Shown one piece after another: positions 29,887 to 40,394 of a DNA stretch of 64,000 bases (positions within the stretch are counted from its first letter, which is position 1; the number at the start of each line of letters is the position of its first letter). The notes beneath the pieces are model-generated. The model was not told the DNA's origin, did no database searches, and saw nothing but the letters and a program-made list of their open reading frames with translations. Origin of the DNA: Alphaproteobacteria bacterium (GTDB taxonomy: Bacteria > Pseudomonadota > Alphaproteobacteria > Bin95); contig OZ219786.1 in the NCBI GenBank assembly GCA_964291285.2, forward strand, positions 992,001 through 1,056,000, written 5' to 3'. The position numbers and the translations under genes are program-made.

Positions 29887-30927
29887 TCACGCCGGGCGGA
29901 TCGTCCAGAAGAGGGCGTCGCCTTCGGCCTTGGCATCGACCTCCATGAATTGGCGGTGCGAGGCGACGGCGCCGCGCCAGAGCTCAATCCAGCAGGCGAG
30001 CAGGGTCCCGCGTCCGGAGCCCTCGATACCGCGCACGATCCTGAGCCCGGTGTGACGCAGGGAAACGGCGCCGCCCCCGGCGTCCTCGACCTCCGCGCCG
30101 TCGCCCATGCCCCGGAACATGGCGGCGAGGAAGTCGGCCGCTTCCTTCGGCCCGCCGTCCACGCTGCCCACGGCCCCGGCCATCTGCCGATAGTGTTGCA
30201 GGCCGGTCAGCCGGGCGGCGCGCCTGCCGTGCTCCAGCGCCTTCGCCTCGCCGACCGTTTCGATGAGTTCGCCGATGCCGGTGCGGATGAACTCGGCGGC
30301 GTAATTCCGGTTGGCCTTGGCGAGCCGTTCTTCGCTCCAGTCGGCCTCGGGCGCGGCGGGCTGCCGGCCGGGGTCGAAGGGCGGCGGACGTTCGTCGGGG
30401 GCGAAGACAAGGCGCTCGTCATCGGCGAGGTCGCGGTCGTATTCCCTGAAGTAGCCGCAGAACCCGAACTGGCCGGTCACGTCCTCCGAAACGCAGACGA
30501 AGCCGAGCCGGGGATTGCCCAAGGTGACGCCGTTCTGCGCATACCAGCCGCGCAGGAAACCCCGGCCCGCCTCGACCGGCATGCCGCAGATCGCCGGCCC
30601 GTCGAACATCCAGCGCGGATAGCGGAAGCGGACCCAGGCCTTGCGGTCGGACTCTTCCATATACTCCACGGGGACGCCGCCGATGACGTTCGAGAGCGTG
30701 TGATACCGGGCGCAGGCCACCGCATCAGGCAGGCCTTCCAGCCCCAGTTTCCTGAAGCTCGAAAGGAACTTGTCCTCATGCAGCCGGCGGAAGAGACGGC
30801 ACAGCCAGTCGCCGACGACCTCCGGCCCCTCGCGCATCGCCACCGTGAGTTGCAGGCCCAGCAGATACTGGTGGTGAAGCTCCGCCTGGGCGGACATGGC
30901 GGCGGCCTCGGGGGCTTCGGTGGACAT
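29887..30927 (-). CDS. Hypothetical protein
   Basis: 346-aa ORF with host-like codon usage, downstream of the ligase; no motif recognised. Confidence 0.6.
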   Translation of the reverse strand: MSTEAPEAAAMSAQAELHHQYLLGLQLTVAMREGPEVVGDWLCRLFRRLHEDKFLSSFRKLGLEGLPDAVACARYHTLSNVIGGVPVEYMEESDRKAWVRFRYPRWMFDGPAICGMPVEAGRGFLRGWYAQNGVTLGNPRLGFVCVSEDVTGQFGFCGYFREYDRDLADDERLVFAPDERPPPFDPGRQPAAPEADWSEERLAKANRNYAAEFIRTGIGELIETVGEAKALEHGRRAARLTGLQHYRQMAGAVGSVDGGPKEAADFLAAMFRGMGDGAEVEDAGGGAVSLRHTGLRIVRGIEGSGRGTLLACWIELWRGAVASHRQFMEVDAKAEGDALFWTIRPA

Positions 30928-30945
30928 CGTTCGGCGTTCCTTCGT

Positions 30946-32499
30946 TCAGGCTTGCCCGGCGGGGCCCGCCGCCAGCAGCGCCAGGCCGTCCGCGGCATCC
31001 GGCGGCAGGTCCCAGAGGATAGCGCGTATTTCCGCGCGTTCGAGCACGAGACCGGCCTTGCGGCGCGGCGCGGGGCGGACCGCGTCGAACGCGACCTCGA
31101 GCACCAGCGCCGGCTCGACCGCGCGGACGGGGCCGTAGCGCCCGGCGGTGTGCGCGCGTATCCAGCGGTCCAGCCGCTCGCGTTCCGCGTCGGCCAGCCC
31201 GCAGGACGCATCGCCGACCGCCACCGGCCCGCCGTCCCCCAGGAGGGCGACGCTGTAGCTTGAACCGCCTGCCCCCGTTGCCGCGGGCTTCGTCGAAAGC
31301 AGCAGGGCGCGGGCGGTTCGCGGCGCGGACTTGCGCACGAGCCAGGGCGGCCCGCCGGGAAGGTAGGACGCGCCGGCCGGCTTCAGCACGATGGATGCGC
31401 CCTGCGCGCAAAGGGCGTCGAGCGTCCCGGGCCCGTCGATGGCGAGCAGCGGCGACAGGTCGAGGCGCGGCCTGCCGGCAATCCGTGCCTCCAGCCGCGC
31501 CCGGCGCTCGCGGAGCGGCAGGGCGCGGATGTCCTCGCCGGCGTCGAACATCAGGTCGAAGAGGCGGACGAAGACAGGGGCCTCGGCCGGCAGGCGGCGC
31601 GGGACGGTCTTGCGGCCGAGCCGCCTTTCGAGCGCTTCCGGCGGCCCCGGCCGGTAGGGCGGGCCGTCCGGGCCGGCGGCCGCCATGAGCACGCCGTCGA
31701 AAACGCCCTCCAGCCCCTCCATGGCGGCGATGACCTCCGGGAACAGGAAGGAGATGTCGTCTCCCGACCCGCTGTAGAGCCGGCGCCCCCCGGCCTCCGA
31801 GACAAGTTGCACGCGCAGGCCCGGCCATTGCCGCTCGGCCCGATAGCGGGTGAGGTCGAGACCCCTGGCAGTCGCGTCATCGAGCGGGCGGACCGGCATG
31901 AGCGGCCGGAAGCCGGCGACCGCCTCGGGGCGCGGCGCACGGCCTTCCAGCCAGGCGAAGAGCGGGCCGTAAGGTGGGGCCGATCCGTGCCAGACCTCCT
32001 CGATGGCGCCGAGATCGGCTGCGAAGGCGGCGGCGAGCGCCGTTCTGGCGAGACGGGGGGTGACGCCCTTGGAACGGCGCCCGGCGGCAAGCTGCCCGAG
32101 CGCCAGCCGGACCGGTGCGTCCGAACGGTCGAACCATCCGGCGAGCAGGCCCGGCGCCGCCTGCCGGGAGCTGGCGGCAAGGGCAGGCAGGGCCTCGGCG
32201 AGCGCAGGCGGGCGGGGTGCGGTTCCGCTCTCCGGCCATATGAGCGCCGCCGTCTCGACCGGGTCGCCGACGAAATCGAGCGAGAGCCGCAGCATTTCGC
32301 CGTCGGCGCGCTCCGCAGCAAGCGCCAGCAGGGTTGCCGGGCGGACGCGGGCGGTATCGAGGCCGCCGCCGAGCACGGCGAGCACCCAGCCCCGATCCGG
32401 GTCCGGCGCCCGCTCCAGATAGTCCGCCATGAGACGGACCCGGACGGCGGGCGCGGGCGCAAACGCCAGCCGGTCCAGCAGTTCGGCGAAAGCCCTCAT
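30946..32499 (-). CDS. ATP-dependent DNA ligase homologue (cisplatin-damage-response type) with degenerate active site
   Basis: MRAFAELLDRL...PDPDRGW N-terminus, RLFDL, OB-fold V.PALVLEVAFD; motif I reads AERQWPGLRVQ instead of E.KxDG.R. Confidence 0.8.
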   Translation of the reverse strand: MRAFAELLDRLAFAPAPAVRVRLMADYLERAPDPDRGWVLAVLGGGLDTARVRPATLLALAAERADGEMLRLSLDFVGDPVETAALIWPESGTAPRPPALAEALPALAASSRQAAPGLLAGWFDRSDAPVRLALGQLAAGRRSKGVTPRLARTALAAAFAADLGAIEEVWHGSAPPYGPLFAWLEGRAPRPEAVAGFRPLMPVRPLDDATARGLDLTRYRAERQWPGLRVQLVSEAGGRRLYSGSGDDISFLFPEVIAAMEGLEGVFDGVLMAAAGPDGPPYRPGPPEALERRLGRKTVPRRLPAEAPVFVRLFDLMFDAGEDIRALPLRERRARLEARIAGRPRLDLSPLLAIDGPGTLDALCAQGASIVLKPAGASYLPGGPPWLVRKSAPRTARALLLSTKPAATGAGGSSYSVALLGDGGPVAVGDASCGLADAERERLDRWIRAHTAGRYGPVRAVEPALVLEVAFDAVRPAPRRKAGLVLERAEIRAILWDLPPDAADGLALLAAGPAGQA

Positions 32500-33484
32500 C
32501 CGCCGCTCCCGGCCGGCGGTTCGAGCGGCCGGGCGTCGAGGCCCGGGCCCCGCGCCCAGCGGATCAGGGCTTCCGGGGCCCCGTGCGTCACCCGGATTTC
32601 CGGAGCGCCGGTGTCGGCAATGGTGGCTGTCAGGGCGGTCCAGTCCGCATGGTCGGAGACGGCGAGCGGCAGCTCGACGCCGCGCCGGCGGGCATGGGCG
32701 CGAACCTGCATCCAGCCCGAAGCGAACACCCGCACCGGCTCGGCGAAACGGTCCGTCCGCTGCTCCGGGCCCGGCGGTTGCAGCACGATCTCGCCGGCAA
32801 GGCCGCCGGCGGCGCCGAGCGGCCGGGTTTCGCCGAGCTCCACGCCGAAGTCCCGGTAGAGCGCAGTCATCTCGTCGAGCGCCGGGTGCAGCCAGACCGG
32901 CCGGTCGTAGCCTGCGCGCCGCAGCAGGCTCAGCATGCGCTGGCACTTGCCGAGGCTGTAGACCCCGACGACATGGCAGCGGTCCGGGAAGGTCTCGACC
33001 GAGCGCAGCAGGCGGACGGTCTCCCCCCGTCGTCCGGCAGGCGGAACACGGGCAGGCCGAAGGTCGCCTCGGTGATGAAGACATCGCACGACACGGGCTC
33101 GAAGGCGGCGCAGGTCGGGTCCGGCGTCCGCTTGTAGTCGCCCGAGACGACGACCCGCCGCCCGCGATATTCCAGCACCGCCTGGGCCGAGCCCAGCACA
33201 TGGCCCGCCGGGGCCAGCCGGACGGAGACCTCGCCGGCCTGCACGGTCTCGCCGTAACGGAGCGGCTGTCCGGCCGGGCGGTCCCTTGGATAGCGGAGCG
33301 CCATGATCGCCAGCGTCTCCGGCGTCGCCAGCACCGCGCCGTGGCCGGGGCGCGCATGGTCGGCATGGCCGTGAGTGATGAGCGCGCGTTCCACGGCCCG
33401 TTGCGGGTCGATATGGAAGCCGCCCGGCTCGCACCAGAGGCCCGCCGGCGTCGGCCGCAGCCAGTCTTCGAGCGCATCCGCCAT
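32496..33484 (-). pseudogene. Ligase-associated DNA damage response exonuclease (MBL fold), frameshifted at a G6 run
   Basis: THGHADH, AGHVLGS, SGDYK, EATFGLP in one frame; YSLGKCQR, SGWM, SDHADW in another; one extra G at 33023-33028 restores a 329-aa ORF. Confidence 0.85.
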
Positions 33485-33530
33485 CGCGCTACTATGGCCT
33501 CCCTGGGCCGGAGGAAGAAAGCGCGGCGGC

Positions 33531-35990
33531 ATGGAGGCAGGCATCGGGGTTCCGCAACCCGCCGCGATCCGCGACTGGTTCCGGGCGCGCGGCTGGCGGC
33601 CCTATGCACACCAGTTGGAAATGTGGCGCGCGGCCGAGGCCGGGCGTTCGGCGCTGCTGGTGGCGCCGACGGGCGGCGGCAAGACGCTCGCGGGTTTCCT
33701 GCCGAGCATCGCCGAACTCGCCGGGGCGCCGCGTCCCGGCCTGCATACGCTCTATATCTCGCCGCTGAAGGCGCTTGCCGTCGATATCCACCGCAATCTG
33801 GAAGCCCCGATTGCGGAAATGGGCCTCGATATCGGCGTCGAGACCCGGACCGGCGACACGCCGCAGAGGAAGCGCGAGCGCCAGCGCCGGAAGCCGCCGC
33901 AAATGCTGATGACCACACCCGAATCGCTGGCGCTGATGCTGTCCTGGCCCGACGCGCCGGCGCTGTTCGGTCCGCTGCGTTGCGTCATCGTGGACGAATT
34001 GCATGCGCTCGCGGACAACAAGCGCGGCGACCTGCTGTCGCTCGGCCTGGCGCGGCTCGGCGGCATGGCGCCCGGTGTGCGGCGGACGGCCCTGTCCGCC
34101 ACAGTCGCCGACCGGGACTACCTCGCCGCCTGGCTCTCGCCCAGCGCCGGGCAGGAGCCTGATGTCGAGACCGTGGTCGGCCGCGGCGGCGTCGCGCCGG
34201 AAATCGCCATCGCCCGGATGCAGGGGCCGATGCCCTGGTCGGGCCATATGGCGGTCTATGCGCTGGGCGAGATCCACGATGCGATCCGGGCGCACCGCAC
34301 CACCATCGTGTTCGTCAACACCCGCGCCCAGGCCGAGCTCATCTTCCGCGGGCTCTGGGACCTCAACGAGGACGGGCTTGCCATCGCGCTGCACCACGGC
34401 AGCCTCGCCCCGGAGCAGCGCCGCAAGGTGGAGGCGGCGATGGCGGCGGGCCGGCTGCGGGCGGTCGTCGCCACCTCCTCGCTCGATCTCGGCATCGACT
34501 GGGGCGATGTGGACCTTGTGGTGCAGGTGGGCGCGCCGAAGGGCGCCGCGCGGCTGCTCCAGCGCCTCGGGCGCTCCAACCACCGCCTCGACCGGCCGAG
34601 CAAGGCGCTGCTGGTGCCGGCCAACCGTTTCGAGGTGCTGGAATGCCATGCCGCCATCGACGCGGTCCGGGCGGGCACGCTCGACGGCGATGGGCCGGAG
34701 CCCGGCGGCCTCGACGTGCTGGCCCAGCATATCGCGGGCGTCGCGGCGTCCGGCCCGTTCGAGGAAGAGGCGCTTTTCCAGGAGGTGCGCCGGGCATTCC
34801 CCTATCGCGGCCTCACCCGCAAGACCTTCTCGGAAGCGGTCGATTTCGTGGCGACCGGGGGCTATGCGCTCGGCGCCTATGAGCGCTACCGGCGGCTGAA
34901 GCGCGACGCCGCCGGCCGGCTCCGGGCGGCCAATGCCGATGTCGTCCGGCGCTACCGCATGAATGTCGGCACCATCGTCGAGGCCGTGACCCTGAAGGTC
35001 CGGCTCGGCGGGCGCGTGCTCGGAGAGGTTGAGGAGTATTTCGCCAATACGCTCACGCCGGGCGACACCTTCGTCTTCGCCGGGCGGATGCTGCGCTTCG
35101 AGGGCATCCGGGAGATGACCATCCGCACCTCGGCCGCCACGGGCGAGGCGCCGCGCATTCCCGCCTATGGCGGCGGGCGGCTGCCGCTGACCACGCATCT
35201 CGCCGAGCGGGTGCGCGGCCTGCTCGCCGACCGGCGGCGCTGGCGGGAGTTCCCGCCCGACGTGCTGGAATGGCTCCGCGCGCAGGACCGGCGCTCCGTG
35301 CTGCCGCGCCCGGGCGGGCTGCTGGTGGAGACCTTCCCGCGCGGCGGCAAATGGTATCTCGTCGCCTACTGCTTCGAGGGGCGCAACGCCCACCAGACGC
35401 TCGGCATGCTGCTGACCCGGCGCATGGAGCGCGCGGGGCTCGGCCCGCTCGGCTTCTGCGCGTCGGACTATGTGCTCGCCGTCTGGAGCCTGCGCGAGGC
35501 TGAGGAGGTGGACGAGCTGTTCTCCGAAGACATGCTGGGCGACGACCTCGAGGACTGGATGGCGGACTCCACCCTGCTCAGGCGCACCTTCCGCAATGTG
35601 GCGGTCGTGGCGGGGCTGATCGAACGGCGCCATCCGGGCCGGGAGAAGACCCGCCGCCAGGTCACCTTCAATGCCGACCTCATCTATGACGTGCTGCGCC
35701 GGCACGAGCCGAACCACCTGCTGCTGCGCGCGACCCGCCGCGATGCAGCGCGGGGCCTGACCGACATCCGCCGCCTCGGCGGGATGCTGGCGCGGGCCAA
35801 GGGCAGAATCGAGCTGCGCCGGCTCGACCGCGTGTCCCCGCTCGCCGTGCCGGTCCTGCTCGAGATCGGCAAGGAGTTCGTCTATGGCGGCGCCATCGAG
35901 GAGCTGCTGGTGGAGACGGCAGCCGAAAGCGAAAGCGAACTGGTGGCCGAAGCCATGAGCGGCGCGGACATGGCGGAACTGCCGCTTTGA
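33531..35990 (+). CDS. Ligase-associated DEXH-box helicase (Lhr-core)
   Basis: APTGGGKT, SPLKAL, DELH, HHGSL, QRLGRSNH. Confidence 0.93.
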   Translation: MEAGIGVPQPAAIRDWFRARGWRPYAHQLEMWRAAEAGRSALLVAPTGGGKTLAGFLPSIAELAGAPRPGLHTLYISPLKALAVDIHRNLEAPIAEMGLDIGVETRTGDTPQRKRERQRRKPPQMLMTTPESLALMLSWPDAPALFGPLRCVIVDELHALADNKRGDLLSLGLARLGGMAPGVRRTALSATVADRDYLAAWLSPSAGQEPDVETVVGRGGVAPEIAIARMQGPMPWSGHMAVYALGEIHDAIRAHRTTIVFVNTRAQAELIFRGLWDLNEDGLAIALHHGSLAPEQRRKVEAAMAAGRLRAVVATSSLDLGIDWGDVDLVVQVGAPKGAARLLQRLGRSNHRLDRPSKALLVPANRFEVLECHAAIDAVRAGTLDGDGPEPGGLDVLAQHIAGVAASGPFEEEALFQEVRRAFPYRGLTRKTFSEAVDFVATGGYALGAYERYRRLKRDAAGRLRAANADVVRRYRMNVGTIVEAVTLKVRLGGRVLGEVEEYFANTLTPGDTFVFAGRMLRFEGIREMTIRTSAATGEAPRIPAYGGGRLPLTTHLAERVRGLLADRRRWREFPPDVLEWLRAQDRRSVLPRPGGLLVETFPRGGKWYLVAYCFEGRNAHQTLGMLLTRRMERAGLGPLGFCASDYVLAVWSLREAEEVDELFSEDMLGDDLEDWMADSTLLRRTFRNVAVVAGLIERRHPGREKTRRQVTFNADLIYDVLRRHEPNHLLLRATRRDAARGLTDIRRLGGMLARAKGRIELRRLDRVSPLAVPVLLEIGKEFVYGGAIEELLVETAAESESELVAEAMSGADMAELPL

Positions 35991-36697
35991 AGGCAGCGTC
36001 CTTCCGGTTGAACGGGGCATCGCTCGCCGCCGACCCTTCGGGCGCGCTCTGGTGGCCGGAGATGCGCACGCTGGTCGTGGCGGACCTGCATTTCGAAAAG
36101 GGCTCGGCCTTCGCGGCGGAAGGGGGCGCGCTGCTGCCGCCCTATGACAGCCATGCAACCCTGGAGAGGCTGGAAGCGCTCGCCCGGCGCTACGATCCGG
36201 CGCGCTGGGTGTCGCTCGGCGACGGCTTCCACGACCGGCATGCGGACCTCCGCCTCGACCCGGATGCGGCGGGCCGCCTCGACCGGATTGCGCGACGCTG
36301 CGAGTGGCTCTGGCTTCGCGGCAACCACGATCCCGAGGCGCCCCGGGGTTTCGGCGGGCGGGCGCTTGGCGAATGGCGGGCCGGGCCGCTCGTCTTCCGC
36401 CATGAGCCGCATCCGCATCCGGCGCCGGGAGAGGTCGCGGGCCATCTGCATCCGCGCGCGACGGTTTCGACCGGCCGGCGGCAGGTTTCCGGCCGGGTAT
36501 TCGTCACCGACGGCCGGCGCCTGCTGCTCCCGGCCTTCGGCGCCTATGCGGGCGGGCTCGATGTCCACGACCCGGCGGTCCGGATGCTGTTCGCCCGCCC
36601 GCCGCGCGTCCTGATGCCGGGCCGCGAGCGGGTCCATGCCTTCCCCTGGAGCCGCCTCGCCGTGCCGGACCGGCTGAGGAACGCAGGCGGCGGGTAG
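35987..36697 (+). CDS. Ligase-associated metallophosphoesterase/endonuclease (PdeM/MPE)
   Basis: ADLHFEKG, LGDGFHD, GNHD, HEP, GHLHP, PAFG. Confidence 0.92.
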   Translation: MKAASFRLNGASLAADPSGALWWPEMRTLVVADLHFEKGSAFAAEGGALLPPYDSHATLERLEALARRYDPARWVSLGDGFHDRHADLRLDPDAAGRLDRIARRCEWLWLRGNHDPEAPRGFGGRALGEWRAGPLVFRHEPHPHPAPGEVAGHLHPRATVSTGRRQVSGRVFVTDGRRLLLPAFGAYAGGLDVHDPAVRMLFARPPRVLMPGRERVHAFPWSRLAVPDRLRNAGGG

Positions 36698-36738
36698 GCG
36701 GACGGGCCTATGCCGCGGCCGTCGGGTCGGGTAACGTC

Positions 36739-38037
36739 GTGTCCACCGACCGGCGCCCACCCGCCATGCGCACGCTGCTCTTTCTCGAACCCGGCCATTT
36801 CCACGCCGCCCTCACCCTGCGCGCGGCGAATCCCCGGATCGACCCTACCGTCCATCTCTATGCCCGCCCCGGCCCCGAGCGCGACGCCTTCACGGCCCTG
36901 GTCCACTCTTTCAACGCCCGGGACGACCGGCCGACGGGCTGGGATATCCGGATGCACGAGTCGGCCGACCCGGAACGGGCGCTGGTCGAGCAGCGGCGCG
37001 GAGACGTCGTCGTCCTTGCCGGGCGCAACCGGCCCAAGCTCGGCACCATCGCGCGCCTGCACGCGGCGGGGCTGCACGTGCTCGCCGACAAGCCCTGGCT
37101 TACCGACAGCGCGGCCCTCCCGGACCTGGAGCGGGCGACGGCGGGCCGGCCGCTCGCGATGGACATCATGACCTTCCGCCACGAGGCGACGGCGCGGCTC
37201 ACGCAGAAGCTCGCGGCCGACCCGGACCTGTTCGGCGTCCTCGACGGGCAGGCGGACGAGCCGGCGATCGACATCCGGTCCGTCCACCATCTGCTCAAGA
37301 CGGTGAACGGCGAGGCGCTGCGGCGGCCGGCCTGGTATTACGACACCCGCATCCAGGGCGACGGCCTCGTGGACATCCAGTCGCACATGGCGGACCAGGC
37401 GCAATGGCTCCTCGGCGACGGGCCGGGCTTCCTGTTCGAGCGCGACTACGAGCTTGAGGACGCGCGCTTGTGGAGCACCCCGGTGCCGTGCGCGCTCTTC
37501 CGCGCCAGCACCGGACTCGACGGGTTCCCAGAGGCTCTGGAGCCGCATGTGGACGCCGGGGTGCTGCATCTCGCCTGCAACGGCGAGATCCGCTACCGGC
37601 TCAGGGGTGTGCCGGTCCGCCAGCGGGCGGAGTGGGGGCAGCACGAGCCGGACGGAGGCGGCGATGCGCACCGGACGACGGTCCGGGGCGAGCGGGCGGC
37701 GGTCATCGCGCGCCGCGGGCCCGAGACGGGCTTCCGGAGCGAAGTGCATATCGCGCCGCGCGAGCCAGGACCCCGCTTCGAGGCCCGCCTCTCGGAGACG
37801 CTCGCCGCCTGGGAAGCGGAGATGCCCGGCCTTTCGCACCGCCCGTCCGCGATCGGGCGCGAGATCGTCGTCCCGGCCGCGCTCCGCACGCCGCACGAAG
37901 CGCATTTCGCGATGGCGCTCGACAGCTTCCTCGACCTGCTCGACGCGGGCGAGTGGCCGGCCGCGCTCGCCGCACGCATCCGCGCGCGTTACACGCTCCT
38001 CGCGCGGGCGCGCGAACGCTGTGCGCAAGACCGCTGA
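36739..38037 (+). CDS. Gfo/Idh/MocA-like oxidoreductase
   Basis: EPGHFHAAL, ADKP, D..TFRHE; start may be 36766. Confidence 0.7.
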   Translation: MSTDRRPPAMRTLLFLEPGHFHAALTLRAANPRIDPTVHLYARPGPERDAFTALVHSFNARDDRPTGWDIRMHESADPERALVEQRRGDVVVLAGRNRPKLGTIARLHAAGLHVLADKPWLTDSAALPDLERATAGRPLAMDIMTFRHEATARLTQKLAADPDLFGVLDGQADEPAIDIRSVHHLLKTVNGEALRRPAWYYDTRIQGDGLVDIQSHMADQAQWLLGDGPGFLFERDYELEDARLWSTPVPCALFRASTGLDGFPEALEPHVDAGVLHLACNGEIRYRLRGVPVRQRAEWGQHEPDGGGDAHRTTVRGERAAVIARRGPETGFRSEVHIAPREPGPRFEARLSETLAAWEAEMPGLSHRPSAIGREIVVPAALRTPHEAHFAMALDSFLDLLDAGEWPAALAARIRARYTLLARARERCAQDR

Positions 38038-38049
38038 CGAGGCGCCGGC

Positions 38050-38484
38050 CTATGCCGCGGCCGCCGGGTCCCGGATTTCGATACGGCCGGCATAGCGGCG
38101 GAAGTCGCGGATATTGAAGGTGAGCAGCCGCCGCTCGCCATGCGCCAGCATGGTGGCGACGATATTGGCGTCGTGGACCTGCTTGCCGCTGACCGGTATC
38201 TCGCGGCAGAGTTCTGCCAGCGCGCCCATCACATGCGGTCCGTCTCCCAGCACCTCATACGTCTTCTCCATCCATGAAAGGTCCGCGAGCGCCATTGCCG
38301 TCGGCAAGGGAGCGGACCATGCCTGCGGTCGGGTCGCGGCCGCCAGATATTCGCGCATGATCTGGCGACTGATGCGCAGAACCTCGCCGGACCGCTCGGC
38401 CCGGTTCAGCGCCGCCCTTGCCAGGGCGTGGGCCGGGGCCGCGTCGAACCGGGCGGGGATGAAGAGATTGGTATCGAGGAACAC
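38050..38484 (-). CDS. PIN-domain (VapC-like) toxin
   Basis: FLDTN, REYL, HDANIVATM, LTFN..DF. Confidence 0.88.
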   Translation of the reverse strand: MFLDTNLFIPARFDAAPAHALARAALNRAERSGEVLRISRQIMREYLAAATRPQAWSAPLPTAMALADLSWMEKTYEVLGDGPHVMGALAELCREIPVSGKQVHDANIVATMLAHGERRLLTFNIRDFRRYAGRIEIRDPAAAA

Positions 38485-38942
38485 GCGGGTCAGCAGTCGG
38501 ATCCGGAACCGTCCTCCGGCCCGCCGGTCAACCGGCCCATGTCGTCATAGATCTGTTCGCGGCTTACCGTGAAGCCTTCCGGCCAGGGACCGCCGTTCCA
38601 AGGCGGGAAATCGCGGTCCAGGTTGAAATCGCGCTTGGCCCGCCGCGGCGGCAGGCCCATTGTTGCCGGAGCCTCCCGAAGGCTGTCCGTCACGCTCATA
38701 CCGTCTCCTCCCTCCTCTGCGTAGCGAAGCGGCGCGGTCTCCGCCGGCGGTTCCGCCTCTCTCTCGAACACCAGCGTCTCCGCCTCCAGATCGACCCGCG
38801 CCGTCCTCCAGCCCGCCGCCTGCCAGGCGAGCGCGTGGGAGTGGCCGCTTCCCTTGCGGGAGTTGGCCCACCAGGGCCGGTGCAGGCGCGCCGAATCGGG
38901 CAGGCGGAAGCCCAGAACGCGCTCGACCTCGCCGAAACCGGC

Positions 38943-40394
38943 GATCGTGCCCCCGCGGGTGGTGTAAGAGCCTGGCGTCCGTAGCGGTGTCCGGCGGGTA
39001 GGGCCGGAACGCTCAGGCTGCCACGGCGGGCAACTTGACGGTTGTATTGTCGCTCACGGGAGCGATGGATTCCAGCGTCATGTATCTGGCTCTCTGGACT
39101 GCCCATTCATCGTTCTGCTCGAGCAGGATTGCGCCGATCAGCCGGGTGATGGCGTCCTCGTTGGGGAAGATGCCGACGGTGTTTGTGCGCCGCTTGATCT
39201 CGCCGTGGAGGCGTTCGAGCGGGTTTGTCGAGTGCAGCTTGGCGCGGTGCGCGGCCGGGAAGGTCATGTAGGCGAGAACATCGTGCTCGGCCTCGTCCAT
39301 GATGGCGGCGAGCTTTGGCGCCTTGGGCCTGAGCTGGTCGGCGACCTGGCGCCACTGGGCGGAGGCGCTGTCTGCATCCTCCTGGGCGAAGGCGGTAGTG
39401 ACGAAGGCGGAGACGACGCGCCGGCCCTGCTTGCCGGCATGGGCGAGCAGGTTGCGCATGAAGTGGACGCGGCATCTCTGCCAGGTGGCGCCGAAGATGC
39501 GGGTGGCGGCGGCCTTCAGGCCCTTGTGGTCGTCGGAGATCACCAGCTTGACGCCGCGCAGGCCGCGGCGGGCGAGCGAGCGCAGGAAGTCGGTCCAGAA
39601 GGTCTCGGCCTCGGACGCGCCGATCGCCATGCCGAGCACCTCGCGCCGGCCCTGATCGTTGACCGCCACCGCGATGGTGACCGCGACCGAGACGACGCGC
39701 CCGGCCTCGCGCATCTTCACATAGGTCGCGTCAAGCCAGAGATACGGCCAGTCGCCCTCCAGCGGCCGGTCGAGGAAGTCGCGGATCTTGTCGTCGATCT
39801 CGCCGCACAGCCGCGACACCTGGCTCTTGGAGATGCCCGACATGCCCATCGCCTGCACCAGGTCGTCCACCGAGCGGGTCGATACGCCCTTGATGTAGGC
39901 CTCCTGGATCACCGCCGTCAGCGCCTTCTCCGCCATCCGCCGCGGTTCAAGGAAGCCCGGGAAGTAGCTCCCCTTGCGCAGCTTCGGGATCTTCAGTTCG
40001 ACCGTGCCGGCCCGCGTCTCCCAGACCCGGTCCCGGTAGCCGTTGCGCTGCGTGATCCGGTCCGGCGAGCGCTCGCCGTGCGCGGCGCCCGCAAGGCCCT
40101 CAACCTCAAGCGCCATCAGACGCGCGGCCGTGAACCCGATCATCTCGCGAAGCAGGTCGGCGTCGGAACTCTTCTCCAACAGCGCCCGCAGGGTCATCAT
40201 GTCGGTGGTGGTCATCGTGGTACTCCTCCGGTCAGGTGGACTGTGACAGCCCAACCCTAACCGGCACCGCGATGGCCTCCGCTGTGGGTAAGTGGCCCGC
40301 CGCCGCCTGACTCCAGACGGTCGCGGCGGCGGCCCACTTACCCACAGCTACCACCGGAAGCTTCAGCTCCTACACCACCCCTGGGGACACGACC
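38943..40394 (-). mobile_element. IS256 family element, copy 1 (1452 bp)
   Basis: Imperfect terminal IRs G(A/G)TCGTG(C/T)CCC...GGGTGGTGTA; 8-bp TSD AAACCGGC at 38935-38942 and 40395-40402. Confidence 0.95.
39013..40215 (-). CDS. IS256 family (mutator-type DDE) transposase
   Basis: [42 protein letters not shown]. Confidence 0.96.
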   Translation of the reverse strand: MTTTDMMTLRALLEKSSDADLLREMIGFTAARLMALEVEGLAGAAHGERSPDRITQRNGYRDRVWETRAGTVELKIPKLRKGSYFPGFLEPRRMAEKALTAVIQEAYIKGVSTRSVDDLVQAMGMSGISKSQVSRLCGEIDDKIRDFLDRPLEGDWPYLWLDATYVKMREAGRVVSVAVTIAVAVNDQGRREVLGMAIGASEAETFWTDFLRSLARRGLRGVKLVISDDHKGLKAAATRIFGATWQRCRVHFMRNLLAHAGKQGRRVVSAFVTTAFAQEDADSASAQWRQVADQLRPKAPKLAAIMDEAEHDVLAYMTFPAAHRAKLHSTNPLERLHGEIKRRTNTVGIFPNEDAITRLIGAILLEQNDEWAVQRARYMTLESIAPVSDNTTVKLPAVAA

